A stretch of 37,078 nucleotides of DNA from an uncultured Clostridia bacterium (GTDB taxonomy: Bacteria; Bacillota; Clostridia; Christensenellales; Aristaeellaceae), in assembly GCA_934647145.1 (NCBI GenBank), contig CAKUFB010000001.1, positions 1 through 37,078 of the forward strand, in the 5' to 3' direction. Below are positions 8,879 to 17,057 of the stretch, piece by piece. The notes under the pieces are model-generated. The model ran no database searches, was not told where the DNA came from, and saw nothing but the letters and a program-made list of their open reading frames with translations. Every line of letters begins with the position of its first letter. Position 1 is the first letter of the stretch. The position numbers and the translations under genes were made by a program.

Positions 8879-9039
8879 CGCGGGCGTCCGTGAGACGGCC
8901 GGAGAAGCAAACGTTCTTTTCAGGCGACACCGCACAAATGAGGCAGTCGCCGGCGAAAAAGGCCTCGCCCGACGCGCCGCTGAATTGTGCGGCGGCGCCT
9001 GAACTATCCGCCCCTGAGGAGCGCCGCTGCCGGCGCGGC

Positions 9040-9080
9040 CCGCCCGATCTGCCCCTTGCGCGGATCGGGCGGTTTTTTTT
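9040..9080 (+). terminator. strong Rho-independent terminator
   Basis: CCGCCCGATC (9040-9049) pairs perfectly with GATCGGGCGG (9063-9072) across a 13-nt loop. Eight T residues follow (9073-9080). Confidence 0.8.
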
Positions 9081-9122
9081 GCCCGGAACGCCCCCTCACG
9101 GCGACTTTGCAGAAATTTTCGC

Positions 9123-10070
9123 ATGGTTTTACGCGCAAAACCCCCGGCCGAGCGCGAGGCGCCGCCTGAACAGATGGCTGCGCTCCGTCAAAGACAACGG
9201 CTGGCTGTACGCACTGGCGCTTCCGGCGCTTGTGTACCTTGTCATCTTCCATTATATGCCGATGTACGGCGTACAGATGCCTTTCGCGACGATAAGGTCA
9301 CGAAGGGAATCATGGGCAGTCAGTGGGTCGGTCTGAAGCACTTCAGAACCTTCTTCAGCTCCTACTACTGCGGGCGGCTGATCTCCAACACGCTGCTGCT
9401 GAATCTGTTCTGCCTTCTGTTTTCCTTTCCGATGCCGATCTTCCTGGCGGTCATCGTCAACAGCATCCGCCAGCCGCATCTGAAGAAGTTCACGCAGACG
9501 GCGATCTATGTGCCGCACTTCATCTCCACGGTCGTCATGGCGGGCATGCTCTACATTTTCCTGTCCCCGACGAACGGCATCGTCAATCACGCGCTCAACG
9601 CCATGGGCTTCAAGTCGATCTACTTCCTCAACGAGGCGAGCTGGTTCAGGCCGGTGTACATCTTTTCCAGGATCTGGCAGGAAACCGGCTGGAGCTCGAT
9701 CCTCTACATCGCCGCGCTGGCGGGCGTCGATCCCGCGCTGTACGAGGCGGCGACCATCGACGGCGCGAACAAATGGCAGAAGGTACGCTACATCGACGTG
9801 CCGCAGATCCTGCCCACGGCGACCATGATGCTGATACTCAGCTGCGGCTCGCTGCTCTCCTCCGCGACGCAGAAAACGCTGCTGCTGCAGACGGCGGGAA
9901 ACACCGCCGCCTCCGACATCATCGGCACCTATGTGTACACCATGGGCATCGGCAAGGGCCAGTTCTCCTACACGGCGGCCATCGGACGGATGGTCAACGT
10001 CATCAGTTTCGCGCTGGTGCTCTCGACTAACGCCATCTCCGGCAAAATGCACGGGGAAACGCTGTTCTGA
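9123..10070 (+). CDS. carbohydrate ABC transporter permease (LplB/UgpA-like); the N-terminal part is out of frame (frameshifted)
   Basis: From about 9281 onward the listed frame gives AFRDDKVTKGIMGSQWVGLKHFRTFF... and a typical 6-TM permease body. The expected preceding segment, RRRLNRWLRSVKDNGWLYALALPALVYLVIFHYMPMYGVQM, is encoded in the +1 frame (ORF 8890..9336). Confidence 0.8.
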   Translation: MVLRAKPPAEREAPPEQMAALRQRQRLAVRTGASGACVPCHLPLYADVRRTDAFRDDKVTKGIMGSQWVGLKHFRTFFSSYYCGRLISNTLLLNLFCLLFSFPMPIFLAVIVNSIRQPHLKKFTQTAIYVPHFISTVVMAGMLYIFLSPTNGIVNHALNAMGFKSIYFLNEASWFRPVYIFSRIWQETGWSSILYIAALAGVDPALYEAATIDGANKWQKVRYIDVPQILPTATMMLILSCGSLLSSATQKTLLLQTAGNTAASDIIGTYVYTMGIGKGQFSYTAAIGRMVNVISFALVLSTNAISGKMHGETLF

Positions 10071-10108
10071 CAAACGTCTGAAAATCATGCGAAGGGAGAG
10101 ATTTTTCC

Positions 10109-11038
10109 ATGCAGGCAACAACGAAGGGACGCGCGCATACCCGGCAGAAGGAAATCCCGGCGGATCGGGCGTTCAACGCGGTCGTTCTGATCCTGGTTGT
10201 ACTCACGCTTCTGATGACGCTTTATCCGCTGTATCTGGTGCTGATCTGCTCGGTGTCCAACGCCAACCTGGTCACGACCGGACAGGTCACGCTCTATCCC
10301 CGCAGCTTTACGCTGACCGGCTACAACGCCGTGGTGCAGAACAGGGAGATCTGGCGCTCCTATCTCAACTCGATCATCTACACCGTCTCGGGCACGCTGC
10401 TGAGCCTGATCGTGACGATGGGCGCGGCCTTCTCGCTGTCGCGCAAGTTTCCCGGGCAGAAGCTGATCGCCTTCCTGTTCACCTTCACGATGTTCTTTAA
10501 CGGCGGCACGATTCCCACGTTTTTGACGGTGCGCACGGTGGGGCTGCTGGACAGCATGTGGATCTGCATCCTGATGGGCTGCGTCTCCGTGTGGAACGTC
10601 ATGCTGGCCAGAACCTACATCCGCACGACCATTCCCGAGGCGCTGTATGAGGCGGCCATGCTGGACGGAGCCTCGCAGCTGCGCTACTTCGCCCACATTG
10701 TGCTTCCGCTCTCGGGCACGATCATCGGCGTGCTCTCGGTCTATTACGGCGTCTCGAAGTGGAACGACTTCTGGACCGGCCTGCTCTACATACAGACCCG
10801 CTCGCTTCTGCCGCTGCAGACCATCCTCAAGGAGATCCTGGCCTCGCTTGAAAGCTCGAGGGAGCTGCTGATGAGCCTGGTCGGCGACTCGGCCGAGCAG
10901 GACGCGGATCTGCTCAACAGGGCGCAGATCGCCAAGTACTGCGTGATCGTCGTCTCCACGGTGCCCGCCGTGGCGCTCTACCTGGTCATGCAGAGGTTCT
11001 TCGCCAAGGGCGTGATGGTCGGCTCCATCAAGGGCTGA
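10109..11038 (+). CDS. carbohydrate ABC transporter permease (LplC/YtcP-like)
   Basis: It has an N-terminal TM, the EAA-type loop ...EALYEAAMLDGASQLRYFAHIVLPLS..., and the long C-terminal region typical of this subfamily. Confidence 0.9.
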   Translation: MQATTKGRAHTRQKEIPADRAFNAVVLILVVLTLLMTLYPLYLVLICSVSNANLVTTGQVTLYPRSFTLTGYNAVVQNREIWRSYLNSIIYTVSGTLLSLIVTMGAAFSLSRKFPGQKLIAFLFTFTMFFNGGTIPTFLTVRTVGLLDSMWICILMGCVSVWNVMLARTYIRTTIPEALYEAAMLDGASQLRYFAHIVLPLSGTIIGVLSVYYGVSKWNDFWTGLLYIQTRSLLPLQTILKEILASLESSRELLMSLVGDSAEQDADLLNRAQIAKYCVIVVSTVPAVALYLVMQRFFAKGVMVGSIKG

Positions 11039-11105
11039 GGCGCGCCCCGGACAACACGGCAATCAGGGGGAGGGCTTCCCCTGAAAATAAAAGGAGGTAA
11101 ATCCC

Positions 11106-12644
11106 ATGAAAAAGCTCGTAACCATCCTTCTGGCGGCGCTGTTGACCTTCAGCGCAGTGCTCCCGGCCTTCGCGGCCGACGTTCGGGAAATCGACGTCAT
11201 GGTCTGGTACCGCGACATCGACGAGCTGAACTTCGCCGAGATGCCCTACTACAACGACCCGGACAACGGCATCACCGTCCAGAGCGGCGTGAAGGCCAAC
11301 TTCAACCAGGTCAAGGGCGCCGACTGGTCCACCAAGCTGAACCTGGTGCTCGCCTCCGGAAACTATCCGGACATCATCATGCACGGCGGCATCGACCTGG
11401 AGATGTACGGCGTGGACGAAGAGGTGCTTCTCCCGCTCGAGGAGTCCATCGAGAAGTACATGCCCAACTACAAGGCGCTGCTGGACGCCGACCCGGCGCT
11501 CGCCTCCTCCCTGACCTCCTCCAACGGCCACGTGTATCAGATCGGCTGGCTGATCCCGCAGAACATCAACACGGAATCCCACCTCTTCATCAACAAGCAG
11601 TGGCTGGATCGTCTGGGTCTGGACGTTCCCGGGACGATTGAGGAGTTTGAACAGGCGCTGATCGCCTTCCGCGACAAGGACGCCGACGGCGACGGCAATC
11701 CCTCCAACGAGATCCCCTTCGGCGGCCCGATGACCCCCATGGTGGACGGCGTGCTGCACCTGCTCTCCTTCTGGGGCATCCCCTACAACGAGCGCTTCGT
11801 CAGCATTGACGACGACGGCAACATCTACTCCTGGCTCAAGAGCGACGCGATGCGCGAGGCGCTCGAGACCATCCACCGCTGGTATGCCGACGGCATGATC
11901 GACGTCGAGGCGGTGACGCAGGACACCAACTCCGCCGAGGCGAAGATCAACGCCGGCACGATCGGCTCGACCTGGCGCTGGCGCATGTCGGCCATGGGCA
12001 CGGACGAGGCCATCTATTCCCAGTACGTCTGCCTGATGCCCTTCTCGGCGGACGGCTATTCCGCCAAGCTGAGCTACTACCTCGAGGTGCCCACCTTCGG
12101 CGCGGCCCTCACGGTGGGCTGCGAGGACGTCGAGGCCGCCTGCAAGTGGCTGGACACGCAGCTCGAGTGGGAAAACATGATCAACGGCTATAACGGCATG
12201 CGCGGCGATTTCTGGGATTACGACGAAGACGGCAAGGTGGATATCTTCCCGATGTCCGACGGCACCCGCACCGTTCCCGGCCAGTCCTCCATGTACTACT
12301 GCAGCGGCGAGGCATATTTCGCGGCCGTGAACATGCCCCCGCACCGCATCGAGAAGAGCGACTACTGCGCCGAATACACCAAGGCCGGCGTGATCGAGAA
12401 GAACTCCTGGCAGACGCTGACCAAGCTGGTCACCTACACCGTCGAGGAATCGGTCGAGATGGATCTGCGCTTCGCCGACGTGGACAAGTATGCGCGCGAG
12501 GCCATCGCCGGCTTTATCGTCAAGGGCGTGACCGACGACGGCTGGAACACCTACCTCAAGACGCTCGACAACATCCAGCTGGACGGCTATCTGAGCATCC
12601 TGCAGACCGCCTACGACCGCTACCTGGAGGCCAACGCGAACTGA
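11106..12644 (+). CDS. extracellular solute-binding protein (large LplA-type, family 1)
   Basis: The signal peptide is MKKLVTILLAALLTFSAVLPAFA/AD. The length is 512 aa. There is an AAAGGAGGT RBS. It directly follows the two permease genes. Confidence 0.9.
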   Translation: MKKLVTILLAALLTFSAVLPAFAADVREIDVMVWYRDIDELNFAEMPYYNDPDNGITVQSGVKANFNQVKGADWSTKLNLVLASGNYPDIIMHGGIDLEMYGVDEEVLLPLEESIEKYMPNYKALLDADPALASSLTSSNGHVYQIGWLIPQNINTESHLFINKQWLDRLGLDVPGTIEEFEQALIAFRDKDADGDGNPSNEIPFGGPMTPMVDGVLHLLSFWGIPYNERFVSIDDDGNIYSWLKSDAMREALETIHRWYADGMIDVEAVTQDTNSAEAKINAGTIGSTWRWRMSAMGTDEAIYSQYVCLMPFSADGYSAKLSYYLEVPTFGAALTVGCEDVEAACKWLDTQLEWENMINGYNGMRGDFWDYDEDGKVDIFPMSDGTRTVPGQSSMYYCSGEAYFAAVNMPPHRIEKSDYCAEYTKAGVIEKNSWQTLTKLVTYTVEESVEMDLRFADVDKYAREAIAGFIVKGVTDDGWNTYLKTLDNIQLDGYLSILQTAYDRYLEANAN

Positions 12645-12680
12645 GGATGAATTCCACTGGAGCAGGTGAACAATTGCACG

Positions 12681-12709
12681 TTGAAATGTGGTAAATAAAA
12701 TGGTATAAT
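12681..12709 (+). promoter_or_regulatory. promoter of the AraC-type regulator gene
   Basis: TTGAAA (12681-12686) is followed by a 17-nt spacer and TATAAT (12704-12709). The TATAAT has a TGg extended -10. Confidence 0.6.
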
Positions 12710-12721
12710 TCTCCTATCAGC

Positions 12722-12760
12722 GCGGCGCATATTCCGCTCGAAAGACGAAATATGCGCCGC
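12722..12760 (+). other. perfect 12-bp hairpin in the 5' UTR of the AraC-type gene
   Basis: GCGGCGCATATT (12722-12733) pairs with AATATGCGCCGC (12749-12760) across a 15-nt loop. There is no T-run. It ends 6 nt before the GAGGAG/ATG region. Confidence 0.6.
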
Positions 12761-12771
12761 AGGATGAGGAG

Positions 12772-15039
12772 ATGAAGCGAATGGCGCGCAACGGACGTTC
12801 AATTTCCCTCCAGTGGCGGTACTTTATATCCTATGTGCTGGTCATGCTGGCGGCCATGAGCCTGCTGCTGATCTATGTCTATCAGAGCTTTTACGCCTTT
12901 CATTCGGCCAGCCTGCTGGAAAGCTACCGCAACGGGCTCAGGGTCGTCCGCGATCAGACCGAAAACCTGCTCGCCGACATGGTGGCGATTTCCTGCCAGG
13001 CGGCGGTCAACGACGGCCTGGTTCCGTTTGACCATCAGCAGGAGCCGGAGCGGATGCTGCAGTATTCCCGGCGGCTGGTGACCTATCGCGCCACGCACGA
13101 CGAGATTGAAAGGATCTTCCTCTGGTTTACGGGCGATCCGTATATCTATTATCCGGACGGCGGCAATCTGATCGACACCATGCTCAGGGACGGCCTGACC
13201 ATCGAGGGCGTTTCGCCCGCCGAGCTCAAGGCGGCGCTGGGCGGCGTCACCGCGCTGGAGGTCTGGCCCGAAAAGACGGTGGGCGGCTTTTCAATCGCCC
13301 GCATTCGCCCGGAGCAGAGGATGCTGTCCGTGTTTGCGCCCGTCCAGCTGGAGGGCGGCAGCCGGGTGGGCTCGCTGCTCTTCCTGGTCTCGCACGACAC
13401 GGTCGCGCACTGGTTTCAGGCCGCGATGCCAAACGCCGCGAGCGCGCTGATCCTTTCGGACGACGGCACGCTGGTCGGGCACAATCCCGCCGGCATTCCC
13501 GACGAGGTCGTCGCGGAGGCGCTCAAGTCGCTGGACGAGGATCGCGTCTCCTTCTTCTGGAACGGCGCGGGCTATCAGCTGCTCAAAATGCCCGGCTCCA
13601 TGTTTTCCTACGGCTATGCCGCGATCATCGCCGACAGCGAGCGCATGATTACGGTTTCGGCCTCGGCGCAGGCGCTGCTGCTCGTCTCGGCGGTCGTCGC
13701 CGCGCTGTGCCTGGCGCTGATCGCGCGCGTCGTGCGCTCGCGCCTCAAGCCGATCTACCTCATCCGCGACATGCTCACGGACACGCGGCCTACGGGCAAC
13801 GAGCTGGTGGAGATTCGCGACAGCATACAGCAGATGATCGACCGCAATCAGCAGCTGGCCGGTCAGATGGAGGACATGCGGCTGTTCAAAAAGAGCGATT
13901 TTGCGCGCCGCTTTCTGACGGGCGGCTTCAGGAGCCGGGAGGATTTCCTGGCCGCAGCCGAGGACGCGCGGCTGAACGTGGACTTCCCGCGCTTCATGGT
14001 CGGGGTCGTGGCGATTCCGCCCTCCTCGGGCTACGACCTTTCCCCGCAGCGGCTGGATCGCCATTTCGACGAATGCGTGACCGGCGCCGTGCGCGTGCTG
14101 ACGGCCGGCCGCAAGGCCGTGCTGCTGGCCTTCGCGCAGACCGAGGACGCGCTTCTGAGCTTCATGCAGCGCCGCCTGGAGGGACTGCGCATACTCTGCC
14201 CCGGCCTGACCGTCGCCCTGTCGCGGGCGCACGGCGACTACAGCGAGGGACAGCGCGCCTACCTGGAGGCGGACAGCGCCTTCGAGATGCGGTTTGTGCG
14301 GGGCAACGCGCGCGTGATCATGTTTGAGGAAACCATCCGCCCGACCTCGGAGGTGCGGGCGACCGAAAAGCTGGCCGACCGGCTGAAGCAGGCGCTTCGC
14401 AATCAGGACGCCGCCGAGGTTTCCACCGCCCTGAGCGCGATCGAGCGGGCGATGCGCGGCGCGGGCATCAGTCTCTTCGATTTCCGATGCCTGTACAACG
14501 ACATCTTCAACGCCATTTCCGGCGCGGCGGCGCAGCTGGGGCAGGAGGAAACGGTCTACGACCTCTTCCAGCTGGGAGACTGCCTTTCGCTCGACGACCT
14601 GGACGCCATGCTGCACAGGGTCTGCAACGACCTGCTGGCCAAGAGCGTGATCGACGAGGAGCAGGACGCGGTTCCCGATTCCATCCGCCAGGCGCGGGAC
14701 TGGATCGCGTCCGATTTCACCAATCCCGATCTGTCGGTTTCCTCCATCGCGGAGCGCGCCGGCATGAGCGATTCCAGGCTGTCCGTCGAGTTCAAGCGCG
14801 CCTACCGCCAGACGCCGCTGGAAATGATCACGCGGAGGCGTATCCTGCTGGCCAAGGAGATGCTGCTGGCCACGGCGCTGCCGGTCAAGGACATCGCCGT
14901 CGAATGCGGCTACTACGACATATCCAGCTTCAACCGCCGGTTTAAGGCGCACACGGGCATGACCCCGATGCAGTACCGGCAGGAGGGCGCGGCGCACAGG
15001 GAAGGCGGCGCGCGCGGCGAGGAAGCCGTCGAATCATAA
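12772..15039 (+). CDS. membrane-bound AraC-family transcriptional regulator (two TM segments flanking a periplasmic-type sensor region, C-terminal HTH_AraC)
   Basis: TM1 is YFISYVLVMLAAMSLLLIYVY and TM2 is ALLLVSAVVAALCLALIARVV. The C-terminus is ...SVSSIAERAGMSDSRLSVEFKRAYRQTPLEMITRRRILLAKEMLL...VKDIAVECGYYDISSFNRRFKAHTGMTPMQYR. An alternative start at ATG 12781 has better SD spacing. Confidence 0.85.
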   Translation: MKRMARNGRSISLQWRYFISYVLVMLAAMSLLLIYVYQSFYAFHSASLLESYRNGLRVVRDQTENLLADMVAISCQAAVNDGLVPFDHQQEPERMLQYSRRLVTYRATHDEIERIFLWFTGDPYIYYPDGGNLIDTMLRDGLTIEGVSPAELKAALGGVTALEVWPEKTVGGFSIARIRPEQRMLSVFAPVQLEGGSRVGSLLFLVSHDTVAHWFQAAMPNAASALILSDDGTLVGHNPAGIPDEVVAEALKSLDEDRVSFFWNGAGYQLLKMPGSMFSYGYAAIIADSERMITVSASAQALLLVSAVVAALCLALIARVVRSRLKPIYLIRDMLTDTRPTGNELVEIRDSIQQMIDRNQQLAGQMEDMRLFKKSDFARRFLTGGFRSREDFLAAAEDARLNVDFPRFMVGVVAIPPSSGYDLSPQRLDRHFDECVTGAVRVLTAGRKAVLLAFAQTEDALLSFMQRRLEGLRILCPGLTVALSRAHGDYSEGQRAYLEADSAFEMRFVRGNARVIMFEETIRPTSEVRATEKLADRLKQALRNQDAAEVSTALSAIERAMRGAGISLFDFRCLYNDIFNAISGAAAQLGQEETVYDLFQLGDCLSLDDLDAMLHRVCNDLLAKSVIDEEQDAVPDSIRQARDWIASDFTNPDLSVSSIAERAGMSDSRLSVEFKRAYRQTPLEMITRRRILLAKEMLLATALPVKDIAVECGYYDISSFNRRFKAHTGMTPMQYRQEGAAHREGGARGEEAVES

Positions 15040-15055
15040 AGGAGGCGCTTCAGAG

Positions 15056-15328
15056 ATGACGATTACATCGGCGAGCCGCATATCGCCCATTCCGGCGGCG
15101 GGCGGCGTCAGGCGCGCGTGCGAGAGCCTGCTGCGCGACATCGAAAAGACCTGCCGCCCCGGCGCGCACGAGGGTGCGGACGTCGTCCTCGTGCGGGAGG
15201 CGCTGCCGGAGGAGCAGTACCGGATCTGCGCGCGGGAGGGCCGCGTGGAGATCGCCGCGGGCGACGAGCTGGGGCTGATTTACGGACTGTACCGCCTCAG
15301 CCGGGACATACTGGGCGTTCAGCCCTTC
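15056..15328 (+). pseudogene. 5' fragment (about 91 codons) of a glycoside hydrolase with a GH115/GH67/GH20-type N-terminal domain
   Basis: It has an AGGAGG RBS and ATG. The segment ...VVLVREALPEEQYRICAREGRVEIAAGDELGLIYGLYRLSRDILGVQPF resembles the N-terminal alpha/beta domain ending in the ...YG.Y.LS...GVSPW motif. After F91 the frame runs into non-homologous sequence and overlaps the 3' end of the convergent ABC gene. Confidence 0.45.
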
Positions 15329-15428
15329 GCGCGCGCAGCCGGACTCGTATTCTTCGTGAGCCTTGACAAACGTGCCTTCCGAGGGCGCGTAAAAGGCTCC
15401 CCGTTCATTTTTTCGAAAAGCCGGGCGC

Positions 15429-17057
15429 TTACAGCGCAATCGTCCGCTCGGGACGAAGCAGGCCGTCCTCCTTGTGCGACGAGTACAGCACCGTCCGCTG
15501 CTTCACCAGCGGCAGCAGCGTCTTTTCAAGCTCCTGCGCGGTCTGCGCGTCCAGCGAGGCGGTGACCTCGTCCATGAGCCAGATCGGATGGTCAGCGACC
15601 AGCGCACGCGCGATCATAAGCCGCTGGCGCTGTCCCGCGGAGAGGGTGGAGGCGTTGTTCTGAAGCACGGTGTCGTAACCCTCCGGCAGCGAGGCAATCC
15701 AGTCCTCGAGCTGCGCCGTGCGCGCGGCGCGCCGGACGATTTCGTCGCTCGCAGTGGGATTGCCGAGGCGGATATTGTCCGCGATCGTGCCGTGGAACAG
15801 GTAGAATCGCTGCGACATGTACGTGACCAGGCTGCGCAGCTCCCTTCTCAGCAGCGCGGAGACCGGCGCGCCGAAGCAGCGGATTTCTCCCTCATCCGGC
15901 TCCTGCATGCCGCTCAGCAGCGAATACACGGTGGTTTTTCCCTGCCCGCTCCTGCCAAAGAGGCGAGTACAGCTGCCCGTCTTCAGTGCGAAGGAGAGAT
16001 CCCGGAGCACCGGATGCCCCGCGTCATAGGCAAACGACACGTGCTCCAGGCTCAGGGCGTTTTCCGCCTTCAGGTCTGGCCTGCATTCGCCGCCAACGTC
16101 CTGCGATTCGGGCTGCAGCTCCAGCAGGCGCGCCACGCGCTGCCTGTTCACCTCGAACTCGAGATAGCTGCCGCGCAGGCTCGTGTACAGCACAAACACG
16201 TCGATCAGCGACGTCCGGACGGAATACAGCGCCAGAAACACGCCAAGCGAGGTGCTTCCCCGAGAGATCAGCCAGGCGCCCAGCGCCAGGAAGCTGACTT
16301 CACCCGCGACGGAAACGCCCTTTTCCAGCAGCGAAGCCAGCGTACCGGTGAGCTTTTCGCTCTTTTCGGCGTCTGCGGATTCGTTCAGGGCTTTTTTGTA
16401 CCGGCCGGTCATCTGCCGGCTCAGCGAGGGCAGCCAGCGCATCGAGAGCGCCGCGTGAATGCCGTCCAGCAGCGTCGCCGTGGCGCGCGTCAGCGCTTCC
16501 ATATAGACGCCGCGCCGCTTGACCTTGACCTTCTGCACCTTCCGGGAGAGCACGGATTCGAGCACGCACAGGCCGATCGACAGGATGAACAGCCGCCAGT
16601 CGAGCGCGAAGCACAGCACCGTGACGACCAGTCCGGCCGGAAACAGTATGGCGAAGTTACTCAGCGCCGAGGCGAACTCCGTATACGCGGGCAGCGCCTC
16701 CTGAAGCGTTGTCTGGATTTCCGCGCCCGTGATCTGCGAGACCTGACCCGGCCGGGCGTGCAGCAGGCGCGAAAGAATCCGGTTCTGCAGCGACCGGCTG
16801 GTCTGGGTAATGACCTTACCCTCGATCAGGCCGGAAAAGTAGGCGATAACCTGCGACAGAATCTCCAGTGCCGTCATGCCGCCCAGAATCAGCGCCAGCG
16901 CCTTCAGCGAAAACCGGCTCACGTCGCCCAGAATGTAGAACGAAAAGAAGGAAAGCAGCCGGACGACCAGCGTAAGCAGCATGTACACGCCGATCATCAG
17001 CAGGTACTTTCTGCGCGAAGACAGCTCGCGCACATAGTTCAGCATGTCCTTCAGCAT
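15429..17057 (-). CDS. ABC exporter, fused permease/ATP-binding subunit (type I exporter half-transporter)
   Basis: The N-terminal half has 6 TM. Walker A is GRSGQGKTT, the signature is LSAGQRQR, Walker B is IWLMDEVTASLD. The start overlaps the stop of the upstream partner (ATGCTGA). Confidence 0.9.
   Translation of the reverse strand: MLKDMLNYVRELSSRRKYLLMIGVYMLLTLVVRLLSFFSFYILGDVSRFSLKALALILGGMTALEILSQVIAYFSGLIEGKVITQTSRSLQNRILSRLLHARPGQVSQITGAEIQTTLQEALPAYTEFASALSNFAILFPAGLVVTVLCFALDWRLFILSIGLCVLESVLSRKVQKVKVKRRGVYMEALTRATATLLDGIHAALSMRWLPSLSRQMTGRYKKALNESADAEKSEKLTGTLASLLEKGVSVAGEVSFLALGAWLISRGSTSLGVFLALYSVRTSLIDVFVLYTSLRGSYLEFEVNRQRVARLLELQPESQDVGGECRPDLKAENALSLEHVSFAYDAGHPVLRDLSFALKTGSCTRLFGRSGQGKTTVYSLLSGMQEPDEGEIRCFGAPVSALLRRELRSLVTYMSQRFYLFHGTIADNIRLGNPTASDEIVRRAARTAQLEDWIASLPEGYDTVLQNNASTLSAGQRQRLMIARALVADHPIWLMDEVTASLDAQTAQELEKTLLPLVKQRTVLYSSHKEDGLLRPERTIAL

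Noticed and set aside
8890-9336. A 148-aa plus-strand ORF as an independent gene.
   Set aside because: Only its last ~45 codons look protein-like, and they are the missing TM1 of the LplB-type permease. The upstream part spans a terminator and intergenic hairpins. I interpret it as the frameshifted 5' part of the permease gene.
15329-15565. The C-terminal half of ORF 15056..15565 as real coding sequence.
   Set aside because: The sequence after F91 is low-complexity Ala/Ser/Arg-rich. It overlaps the 3' end of the convergent ABC exporter gene by about 137 nt, and the GH-like similarity stops at about 15328.
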